Positions 1 through 8,109 of a stretch of DNA of 64,000 nucleotides are shown here, in pieces. Position 1 is the first letter of the stretch; each line of letters starts with the position of its first letter. The notes under the pieces were generated by a model. The model ran no database searches, was not told where the DNA came from, and saw nothing but the letters and a program-made list of their open reading frames with translations. The stretch lies in the NCBI GenBank assembly GCA_040218735.1, contig JAVJQW010000043.1, positions 224,001-288,000 of the forward strand, in the 5' to 3' direction. This DNA comes from Deltaproteobacteria bacterium. Its GTDB lineage: Bacteria; Myxococcota; Kuafuiibacteriia; Kuafuiibacteriales; Kuafuiibacteriaceae. The position numbers and the translations under genes were made by a program.

Positions 1-572
1 AGATCCGCGACCAAGCTCTTCACCCGCCCTCCGCGCTCGTGTTCCCTGATGCTCGCCTCGAACGCCTTACGCGCACGTTCGTTCTCCCCGCGCGCCATCC
101 AGTTCCGCGCGCGTTGGCCGAGCGCCCCGGCGACCGTTCCCGTGGCGACGATCCGGTCGAGCAGCGCGTCCGCGGCGTCGAGGTCACCCGCGTGCCGGAG
201 CTTTGCCACCGCGCCGAGGTCGGGGCCTGGAGGGTGGGCCGCGAATCGTACGCGGGATGGTTGGTGCCCTTTGACCTCGATCGCGAGCAAGCCCTCCGGC
301 GCCGTCACCTCGAAGCGCAAGCCGCCTTGCACCGGTGTGGTGGGGCCGAGGGGCAGGGGGCGGTCGTCGACGCGGAGCGAGACCTTGTCGCGGTTCGGCG
401 TGTCGACCCAGACCGTGACCGCCGACTTCGACGGCGTGACCTCACACACCGGCCCGACGCGTCGCTCCAGGCACCCGATCATCTCGACGGTGGGCGCGGG
501 GAGGAGCGGCGCTTTGGGCTCCCAGGTGCAGGCGGCGAGCGTGAGCAACGTCGCCGCGAATCGCCCCCGCAC
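1..572 (-). CDS. Putative lipoprotein with TPR-like helices (partial, runs off window start)
   Basis: Manual translation from GTG 572: MRGRFAATLLTLAAC (lipobox-like), later AGDLDAADALLDR...ARNWMARGENERARKAFE (TPR-like). Open to position 1; not in the ORF track. Confidence 0.65.
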   Translation of the reverse strand, partial: MRGRFAATLLTLAACTWEPKAPLLPAPTVEMIGCLERRVGPVCEVTPSKSAVTVWVDTPNRDKVSLRVDDRPLPLGPTTPVQGGLRFEVTAPEGLLAIEVKGHQPSRVRFAAHPPGPDLGAVAKLRHAGDLDAADALLDRIVATGTVAGALGQRARNWMARGENERARKAFEASIREHERGGRVKSLVAD

Positions 573-584
573 ACGCGGACGGTG

Positions 585-1550
585 TCAGAGCCGCGAGCGA
601 GCGTCCAGCGGTCGGGGCGCGTGCACCGCACCCACGGTACGAACCACGGCGCCGATCGCCTTCACGAAGTGACCCGCGCGCATCCGAGGGCGCCGCGCGA
701 AGACGTCGTAGCCGGACGCCTCGATGTCGTCGAGCGACGCGCGATTCAGCGCGCCGAGCGTCGCGGTCGCAAGCGAAGCCATCCTCGGGAGGCGCGCGAT
801 GCCCGGCGCCGCGGCGTCGAACAGCGCGCGGTTGTGATCGACGAGGCTGGCCATGAAGGTGCGCCACCCTGTCGACGTCGAATGCTCCGCGAGCGCATTG
901 GGATCGACGCCGTGCGATCGGAGCTCGTCCTTGGGCAGGTACACGCGGCCCTCTTCGAAGTCGGAGGCGATGTCGCAGATCATGTCCGTGAGCTGCGCCG
1001 CCGTGGCGAACAGCGCCGCATAGCGGAGCGTCTCGCGGTCCGAGGCCCCGAAGAGGCGCGACGTCAGCAGCCCGAGGGGGGCCAGGACGTCGAAGCAGTA
1101 GTCGATGAGGTCGTCGAGCGTCCGGTGGTCCGGCGCGACGTGGTCATCGCCGATGCCCTCGAGCTGGGCTTCGATCCACACACGCGGGATGCGGCGTCGC
1201 TTTCGCACGTCTGCCAACGCGATGAGCAGCGGATCGTCCGGAGGTACGGGCGCGAGGGTGTCGCGGACGAGCTTGGCCCACAGCGCCCGGCCGACGGGGC
1301 TCGGATCCTCGCTCAGCACGTCGACTTCGCGTAACCAGCCGCCCACCACGAAGAAGTCACGACGCTGGTGCGCCGGCAGCAGCAACCCGGCGTAGTACAC
1401 CCGCGGATAGAAGCGTCGCGTGGTGGCGGCGGCGTGCCGATAGGCGTCGTCGAGCTGCGTTCGATTCACCGCCGCCGCGGACACCCCCACCTCACCCGGC
1501 GCGAGCAACGTGTCGATGCGCGCGTCGAGCCGCCGCACCCAAGCACTCAC
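585..1550 (-). CDS. Phytoene/squalene synthase family protein (divergent motifs)
   Basis: TLDDLIDYCFDV, QLTDMICDIASDFEEGRVYLP, IEASGYDVFARRP match the CrtB/HpnD layout. GTG 1550 overlaps the upstream TGA. Confidence 0.85.
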   Translation of the reverse strand: MSAWVRRLDARIDTLLAPGEVGVSAAAVNRTQLDDAYRHAAATTRRFYPRVYYAGLLLPAHQRRDFFVVGGWLREVDVLSEDPSPVGRALWAKLVRDTLAPVPPDDPLLIALADVRKRRRIPRVWIEAQLEGIGDDHVAPDHRTLDDLIDYCFDVLAPLGLLTSRLFGASDRETLRYAALFATAAQLTDMICDIASDFEEGRVYLPKDELRSHGVDPNALAEHSTSTGWRTFMASLVDHNRALFDAAAPGIARLPRMASLATATLGALNRASLDDIEASGYDVFARRPRMRAGHFVKAIGAVVRTVGAVHAPRPLDARSRL

Positions 1551-2317
1551 GATGCCACCCGCGCCTGCGTCGGCACCGGCGCTGCTCGGCGGACCCGAAA
1601 CCGTTTCATCGCGAGCTTGGCGAGGGCGCCGAGGAGCATCGGAATGTGTATCGGCACCAACACCAACAGGCCGTAGCCCTCGGCGTAGCGCGGGTTCCGT
1701 TCGAGGTAGAACCGCGCCGCGGCGTTCTGGGTCGCCGTCCACGCCTGGGCTTCGCCGGTCTCCTGACGCGTGCACCACCCGACGTGACAGACGCCCGGCG
1801 CGTCCGCTTCTTCCTCCAGGTGGAAGTGCGTCGCGAGCGCCCCCATCAGCGCTTCGATCTCGGGCGGCGTCTCACGCTCGGGACACGGCCACAGCTCCGT
1901 CGTGTACCGCGCGAGGACCTGGTACGACGCCGGGTTCACGGGGCACGCGAAGCCGTAGAGTCGACGCAGCGGGTACGCCAAACGAACGCACAACCCCTCG
2001 CGCGCGAGGAACGACGAACACAGCGACTGCCGACGGTAGACCGGGCGGAGCGCGACGATCGTTCGGAAGACCAACGGACGCTCGGGGCTGTCGTGCTCGT
2101 AGATCTGCGCGACGGCGTACCCGGCCAAGAAGCCGTCGTCGCGCAGGACCTGGATCCGCACGCGAATCGCCGCGCTCGGAATCAGGTAGCGCTCGAACGC
2201 CGCGCGCTCCACGCCGCCGAAGACGTCGCAGTTGAGCGCGAACAGCTCATCGACGAGCGCGGCGCGGCGCACCGGATCGAGGGACTGGGGATCGATGATT
2301 TGCGATTGAATGCTCAC
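1547..2317 (-). CDS. Hypothetical protein, probable GNAT-like fold
   Basis: GTG 2317 coupled to upstream stop; DGFLAGY..., IVALRPVYRRQSL (acyl-CoA loop-like), PVNPASY. Confidence 0.6.
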   Translation of the reverse strand: MSIQSQIIDPQSLDPVRRAALVDELFALNCDVFGGVERAAFERYLIPSAAIRVRIQVLRDDGFLAGYAVAQIYEHDSPERPLVFRTIVALRPVYRRQSLCSSFLAREGLCVRLAYPLRRLYGFACPVNPASYQVLARYTTELWPCPERETPPEIEALMGALATHFHLEEEADAPGVCHVGWCTRQETGEAQAWTATQNAAARFYLERNPRYAEGYGLLVLVPIHIPMLLGALAKLAMKRFRVRRAAPVPTQARVAS

Positions 2318-3219
2318 GACAAGGCTCCTTCCCGAGCGGTCTGACGGACCCGAGCGAGCTCGGCCGGCGAATAGAGGCGTTCGAAGGCGCGACGGTCGAC
2401 GCCGATCGCCGCGGTGATGAGGGGCTGCAGTACGCGTCCGAGGACGGGCTGCAGCGCGACCCACTGCGACGCACGGAGCAGCCGCGGGAACGGTCGCTGC
2501 GCGACGCCGGGGCGACGCATCGCGAGCTGCATCCGCTTGAAGGCTTCGCGCAGGCGCGCGCCGTCGGGGTCGAAACGATCGAGCGGCTCGATCACGATGT
2601 CGCGCACGAACGGACGCGCGACCGCCATCATGCGGAGCAGCTCGACCGCACCACGGAGCGACGCTCGCTCGACCGGCCCACGCGCCAGGCGCTCCGACAT
2701 GTAGAAGTCGATCGCGACGTGCCGCGACTCGTCGCGGTTGATGCGCGCCATCGCGTCGCGGCATGTCGGGTCGTCGCAGGCGTCGTCGAGCGCGCGCAGG
2801 AGCGCGATGTCGAGGATCAGCTCGCCGGTCGTGACGTAGACGTTGGCGATCTCCGGCGAGAACGCGCGTGCCGTCGCGACGAGGCGCGGGGCGAAGCGCT
2901 CGAGGTTCGGGTTGATCGTGTACGCGCGGTAGCCGTGCACGTCGTAGTGGCGTGCGAGGCGCTCCGCGACGACGGCGTGCCGCTCCTCCTCCTCGACGAA
3001 ACACCCGTAGATCTCGGCGAGCACCGGCTCGTCGACGCGCGCTTGCATGACCTTGAACAGGTCACGCGCGATACGCTCGATCCCGGCCATGTCGACGAAC
3101 GTCTGCACGAGCGTCATCTCCTCTTCGCGGCCCATCGGACGCGGCGGTCGGCTCCAATCGAGGTCGTCGACGCACCACCGCTCCTGCCGGCACTTCGACA
3201 GCAACTTCTCCAGATTCAT
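2314..3219 (-). CDS. Ferritin-like diiron protein (AurF/acyl-ACP desaturase-like superfamily)
   Basis: W..DDLDW N-terminus, two ExxH motifs (EEERH, DESRH) with upstream Glu residues (GIE, TGE). Confidence 0.85.
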   Translation of the reverse strand: MNLEKLLSKCRQERWCVDDLDWSRPPRPMGREEEMTLVQTFVDMAGIERIARDLFKVMQARVDEPVLAEIYGCFVEEEERHAVVAERLARHYDVHGYRAYTINPNLERFAPRLVATARAFSPEIANVYVTTGELILDIALLRALDDACDDPTCRDAMARINRDESRHVAIDFYMSERLARGPVERASLRGAVELLRMMAVARPFVRDIVIEPLDRFDPDGARLREAFKRMQLAMRRPGVAQRPFPRLLRASQWVALQPVLGRVLQPLITAAIGVDRRAFERLYSPAELARVRQTAREGALS

Positions 3220-3230
3220 GGCGAGTGACC

Positions 3231-4187
3231 TCAGGCCGGGACGGCGCCGAAGCGGCGTTGCCGACCGGCGAACCAGGCGATCGCGTTGCGGAGGTGTTCG
3301 GCGCGGTAGTCCGGCCACATCGTGTCGTCGAAGAGCAGCTCGGCGTACGCGTTCTCGACGAGGAGGAAGTCGCTGAGGCGCTGCTCGCCGCCGGTGCGGA
3401 TCAAGAGGTCCACGTCGGGGAGGTCGTGGGTCCACATCGACTGCCGCAGCAGCGCGTCGTCGACGTCCTCGGGGGCGAGCCGACCGTTGCGGCTCTGCTC
3501 GCAGAGGGAACGCACCGCGCTCACGAGATCGGTGCGGGCGCCGTACGCGATCGCGATCGACAGCTGCATCGCGCTGCCGTCCGCGGTGGCGGCCATCGTC
3601 GCCTCCAGGCTCCGCCGCGTCACGTCGGGGACGCGCTCGAGGTCGCCGATGATCTCGAACCGGATCCCCAGCTCGACGAAGTCATCACGCTGACTCGCCG
3701 CGTGCTCCGCGAACAGGCGCATGATCGTCGCGACCTCGTCCTGCGGTCGCTCGAAGTTCGCCGTGCTGAACCCGTAGAGCGTCAGGTGCCGAACCCCCAG
3801 CGCACGCGCGGCGCGGTAGGTACGCGTCGCGGCGTTGGCACCTTCGACGTGCCCCCAGCTCCGCGGCCGTCGGCGTCGCGTCGCCCAGCGACCGTTGCCG
3901 TCCATGATGATCGCCACGTGCGCCGGGACCACGCCCGGCGTGCCTTCCGAGTGTGTCGGCTCCACGTCCGTGACGGCGTCGCGCTCCAGCGCGAGCATCG
4001 CGTCGAACATCGTCCGCGAGATCCGCACCCCGAGCCGAAGCGCGGTGCCGCGGGGGTCGCGGCGGAAGTCTTCGAGGAGTCCGGGCTCTGCGCTCAGGCG
4101 CTGCCAGAGCGCGTCGAGCGCGTGACGGGGGCTCGCGTCGAGGACGCGCTCCACGGGGGGCCGAAGGGGGGACGGTGCGACGTTCAT
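3231..4187 (-). CDS. uppS: cis-prenyltransferase (UppS family) with N-terminal extension
   Basis: HVAIIMDGNGRWA, GH..G, YGFSTANFERP, DLLIRTGGEQRLSDFLL, RRFG. Confidence 0.92.
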   Translation of the reverse strand: MNVAPSPLRPPVERVLDASPRHALDALWQRLSAEPGLLEDFRRDPRGTALRLGVRISRTMFDAMLALERDAVTDVEPTHSEGTPGVVPAHVAIIMDGNGRWATRRRRPRSWGHVEGANAATRTYRAARALGVRHLTLYGFSTANFERPQDEVATIMRLFAEHAASQRDDFVELGIRFEIIGDLERVPDVTRRSLEATMAATADGSAMQLSIAIAYGARTDLVSAVRSLCEQSRNGRLAPEDVDDALLRQSMWTHDLPDVDLLIRTGGEQRLSDFLLVENAYAELLFDDTMWPDYRAEHLRNAIAWFAGRQRRFGAVPA

Positions 4188-4260
4188 GCGTGCCTCGCAG
4201 ATCCGTTCGCGAGGAGGGTCGCGGACCTTGCACGAAATTCTGCGGAGACGTCGCGATAGC

Positions 4261-4313
4261 CGGGGGGCGAGCCCCCCGCTCCTGGAGGGCGCAGCGGTGT
4301 GGAGCGGGGGCTC
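4261..4313. repeat. REP-like palindromic element with two overlapping inverted repeats
   Basis: CGGGGGG-CGAG-CCCCCCG (4261-4278) and GAGCCCCCCGCTCC (4269-4282) / GGAGCGGGGGCTC (4301-4313). Confidence 0.55.
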
Positions 4314-4380
4314 ATCCGGCCGGTGGCGACGGAGGCGGCCGTGGTCGGGCGTCGGCACGATCCCTGCGAATCGACGCCTC

Positions 4381-5742
4381 ATGCCGAACCCCATCCGAAT
4401 GACCCCGATCGCCGTCGCCAGCCTCGCGCTGCTCGCGCTCGGCGCGTGCGCCGGTGAGGAGCCGGCCGACCTCACGCCGACCGCCCCTCGCGACGGCGGC
4501 CCCGGCGGAGCCGAACCGCGTGACGCCGGTGCGCACGACGTGGGTACGCACGACGCGGGCTCACACGACGGCGGCTCGCAGGACGCCGGGAGCCGCGACG
4601 CCGGGCCGCTGAGCCCCCCGGTCTGCAACCCACCGCCGCTCCTCGTGCTCGCCGACATCCCCGACAACCCCTCGCTCGACGACGGCGACCCCGACACCGT
4701 CGCGATCTTCGAGGTCGACGGCCACGCGCTGATCGGCAAACACGTCACGGACGTGGCGGCGGCCGAAGGGGGCCTGAAGCTGTGGCAGGAGCTCACGCTT
4801 CGAATCCCCGAGAACCAGCTCCTGGACCTCGTGCAGTTCGAGATCTCACTCGACACCGACCCCGTCGCCTACTTCAACCGGCGCGGCGCGGTGACCACCG
4901 AGCGCTACGGGCTGAAGCTCGGCTTCTCGGTCGACAACTTCACGCGCAACGACCCCGACCCCTGCGCTCCCCTCGTGCCGCGCCGCGGGACGTTCGACTG
5001 GAGCCTCGTCCACGAGTTCGGTCACCTGCGTGGCTGGGTCGACCGTTCCTGGGACCGCTTCCTCGAAGACTTCGAAGACGTGCGCGGGTCGGGCGAAGGG
5101 TACCCGGAGGACGGGTCACCGTCGCTCGACGGCGACTTCGTCACGTCCTACGCCGAGCGCGCCGACGGCGACGAAGACCACGCCGAGTCCTGGACGACCT
5201 ACGTGATGCTCGCGGAGGACGCCGTCGGTCCGGCGATGCCCGACGAACCCCTCGCGCGCACCAAGGTGCGTTGGATGCGCGACCAGCCGGGCCTCGCCGA
5301 GCTACGCCGGGCCATTCGCATCACCGAACCGGGCGGGGGCGGCGTCGTCGCTCCGGCGCCCCGACTCGCCGAGCGACTCCCGATCGAGCCGCTCGACGTG
5401 CCCGCTTGGTTGCACGGGACGTGGGAGGGGACGTTCGTCGAGGGCGGCGAGACGATCGAGAAGCGCTTCATCTTCACGATGGACGACGTCGTCGAGGTCA
5501 CGCTCTCGGGCGGCGTCGAGGTCGAGCGACAGAGCCTGCAGGCGCTGGTCGACGCCCAGCGCGTCGGGCGCCTCGTCGTGAACCTGCGCGAGCCGACGCT
5601 GTACGGGTACAACGCAGCGGTGTCCCCGAACTACCGCATGCCGCTGGAGGACAGCTTCCTACGCTACACCGATGTGTCCGGGACCGTGCTCTGGAGCCGC
5701 CTCGAAGGCCCACAGGACGCACCCCTCACGAAGATCGACTGA
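4381..5742 (+). CDS. Lipoprotein, putative zinc metallopeptidase
   Basis: LALGAC lipobox, DAG-repeat linker, VHEFGH and FVTSYA...EDHAES motifs. Start may be 4399. Confidence 0.75.
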   Translation: MPNPIRMTPIAVASLALLALGACAGEEPADLTPTAPRDGGPGGAEPRDAGAHDVGTHDAGSHDGGSQDAGSRDAGPLSPPVCNPPPLLVLADIPDNPSLDDGDPDTVAIFEVDGHALIGKHVTDVAAAEGGLKLWQELTLRIPENQLLDLVQFEISLDTDPVAYFNRRGAVTTERYGLKLGFSVDNFTRNDPDPCAPLVPRRGTFDWSLVHEFGHLRGWVDRSWDRFLEDFEDVRGSGEGYPEDGSPSLDGDFVTSYAERADGDEDHAESWTTYVMLAEDAVGPAMPDEPLARTKVRWMRDQPGLAELRRAIRITEPGGGGVVAPAPRLAERLPIEPLDVPAWLHGTWEGTFVEGGETIEKRFIFTMDDVVEVTLSGGVEVERQSLQALVDAQRVGRLVVNLREPTLYGYNAAVSPNYRMPLEDSFLRYTDVSGTVLWSRLEGPQDAPLTKID

Positions 5743-7321
5743 CGCGATCCAGCGAGAAGACGGTGACCGCACCGCCGCGCGCCGCGTCGACGACGACGAT
5801 CTCCACCACGCCGTCGTCGTCGACGTCCACCACCGCGATCCACGGCCGCTCGTAGGTTCGCTTCAGCACCAACCCCGCCGAGACGGTGCGGCCCCCCGCC
5901 GCGACGACGACGAAGAGCGCGTGTGCGTCGGTTGATACGCGCGACAACGCGACCACCTCCCACGTCCCGTTGCCATCGACGTCACCGAGCTCCACGGCCT
6001 CCGGCGTCCCGGTGATCGGCAACGGAGGCTCCGTCAGCAACCCGTCGCTGGTCGTGACGCGCGGGCGAACGGCCAGCGCGATCGATCGGCCCTCCGCGAC
6101 GGTGGTGAGCGCGACGTCGGGTGCGTCGCTCCACTGCCCGCCGAAGCCGAGGTCGACGATGCGCGGATCGAAGGGCAGGGGGACGAGCCCGTCATCGTTC
6201 ACCCAGAGCGCTCCGCGGTCCGGCGCGAACACGACGCGGCGGTCGTCGACACACCCGCTCCGCGGGGTAGCGCCGAGGTCGGCGACGTCGTGCGGCGCCC
6301 ACGACCCGTCGAACGCGACGGGGCCGCCGTCGAAGCCGACCGCGAAGAATGCCGGTCCACCTCGACAGGGGCTCAGGTCGAGGATCCAACGAGGTGCGCT
6401 CGAGCTCGCGAGGGGAACGGCGGCGCCGACCGATCCGTCGTCGTTCAACGCGCGCCGCGAATCGCTCGACAACAGGAACGCGGAGGAGCCGGCGCGTCCG
6501 AGTCGCCACTGGCCCGCGACCGTCGAGGTGTCCGCGCCGACGAACGTGACCGACGTTTCGTCCGCCCCGCGGACGGCGAAGGCGACGCCACCTCCGAAGA
6601 CGATCGGGTCGACCTCGCCGACGGGGATCGTGAGCTCCTCTTCCGTCCCAGGCACGAACGCGAGCGCGACGCTCTCCCGCGCGCCCCATCGCGAGCGGAC
6701 GCTCACCTCCAAGGGACCGGGGCGTGGATCCGACAGCTCGACGAAGCGCACGACGCGTCCGTTCACTTCGGTGCGTACGATCTCGGTCCCCACGCGCGCC
6801 GCGGTCATCCCGGCGCCGAACGCTTCCCACCGGACGTCGGCGTCCGGTACGGGGCGGTCGAGTCGGTCCTGCACCTCGACGTACCAGCGCTCGAAGTCTC
6901 GTTCGCGGTCGACCGTCAGGCCGAAGCTGCCGCCCTCGACGGTCACGATCGTCACGGGGGCGAGCGCGATCTCGACGGTCGTCGTCGTCTCGATCTTCCC
7001 GACCGAAGCACACCCCGCGACGACCGCTGTGCCTCCTGCATCGAGCCCGCGCACGACGAACAGCTTGGTGCCGACGCGGCGGATGCTCCCGAGGTCGGGC
7101 GCCGAGTCCTCGAACGATCCGCTCAGCTGCGGGAGCGGCGCGACGAGCCCGAACGCCAGGTCGTCGCAGTCGTACGCCGCGTCGTCCGGTTGGTACACCT
7201 CGAGCTCGAAGTGCGCGACGCGCTCCGAGAGCTCGGGATCGTCGAGGTGGACGTCGAGCTCCAGCGAGGGTGCGCCGCAGGCCGAGAGCAGCGCCGATGC
7301 CATCGCGACTTGAACTCTCAC
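5726..7321 (-). CDS. Lipoprotein with Ig-like region and C-terminal FG-GAP-like repeats
   Basis: LLSAC lipobox; GDVDGNGTWEVV and VDVDDDGVVEIVV. GTG 7321 overlaps upstream TGA. Confidence 0.75.
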   Translation of the reverse strand: MRVQVAMASALLSACGAPSLELDVHLDDPELSERVAHFELEVYQPDDAAYDCDDLAFGLVAPLPQLSGSFEDSAPDLGSIRRVGTKLFVVRGLDAGGTAVVAGCASVGKIETTTTVEIALAPVTIVTVEGGSFGLTVDRERDFERWYVEVQDRLDRPVPDADVRWEAFGAGMTAARVGTEIVRTEVNGRVVRFVELSDPRPGPLEVSVRSRWGARESVALAFVPGTEEELTIPVGEVDPIVFGGGVAFAVRGADETSVTFVGADTSTVAGQWRLGRAGSSAFLLSSDSRRALNDDGSVGAAVPLASSSAPRWILDLSPCRGGPAFFAVGFDGGPVAFDGSWAPHDVADLGATPRSGCVDDRRVVFAPDRGALWVNDDGLVPLPFDPRIVDLGFGGQWSDAPDVALTTVAEGRSIALAVRPRVTTSDGLLTEPPLPITGTPEAVELGDVDGNGTWEVVALSRVSTDAHALFVVVAAGGRTVSAGLVLKRTYERPWIAVVDVDDDGVVEIVVVDAARGGAVTVFSLDRVSRSS

Positions 7322-8100
7322 GGGCGCCGCACCGCCACGCCCAGGTTGATGGTCTCCGGCTCCGGTCGCGTCGCGACGTAGACCGCCGTCGCCGTCCCAG
7401 CCGCGACCGCCGTTCCGATCGCCGCCCACACCCACCAGTTCGAGTGCCACGGCGTCGGCGCGACGTAGCGCTGCGTGACCTTCATCGGCGCGTCGGCGCT
7501 GCCCAGTCGGAGGTGTTCGTCACCGGCGGCGTCGAATGCGGACAGGTAGAGCTCCCGCGTTCGATCTTCGGTGACCTCGGGACCGAAGGCGGGCAACTCG
7601 AACGTGGTGTAACGACCCACGGCGAGGAGCTCGATCTTGGCCGTCGCGAACGGCCCCGCCGAACCGTCGCGCCACCGTAGCTCAGCGCGTTGAACGGTTC
7701 GATCCGGATCGCGCAGGACCTCGACGATGACCGGGAGCGTTTCGTCGGTGCGCTTCCCGCGCGGCCAGCTGAAGTCCAGCGACGGCGGCGGCCCGGCGAC
7801 CTTTCGTGCTCTCTCGAAGAGGAACGTGACGCGGGGCGCGAGGGTGTAGGCGATCGCGTGCCCCGGCGCGATGCGAAGGAGCCGTACGAACGCGTCGAGG
7901 CTCTGCTCCTCTCGCTCCAGGTATGCGTTCGCGATCCCGAGCGCGGCGTAGTACCGCGCGTGGTCCTCCAGCGCGAAGGGCCCAGTGTCGCGTGCTTCGC
8001 TCAGCTTGGTGAGCGCGGTCTCGGCGTCGAAGGCTGCGAGCGCGGTTTCGGCGTCGTCGAGCGGTGCGCTCGCGGCGAGCACGCACGCGATCCAGAGCAC
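7318..8100 (-). CDS. Exported TPR-like protein with C-terminal membrane segment
   Basis: Short signal peptide, ALGIANAYL helical repeat, PWHSNWWVWAAIG tail typical of myxobacterial TPR/PEGA proteins. Confidence 0.75.
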   Translation of the reverse strand: MLWIACVLAASAPLDDAETALAAFDAETALTKLSEARDTGPFALEDHARYYAALGIANAYLEREEQSLDAFVRLLRIAPGHAIAYTLAPRVTFLFERARKVAGPPPSLDFSWPRGKRTDETLPVIVEVLRDPDRTVQRAELRWRDGSAGPFATAKIELLAVGRYTTFELPAFGPEVTEDRTRELYLSAFDAAGDEHLRLGSADAPMKVTQRYVAPTPWHSNWWVWAAIGTAVAAGTATAVYVATRPEPETINLGVAVRRP

Positions 8101-8109
8101 GGAGGGAGT

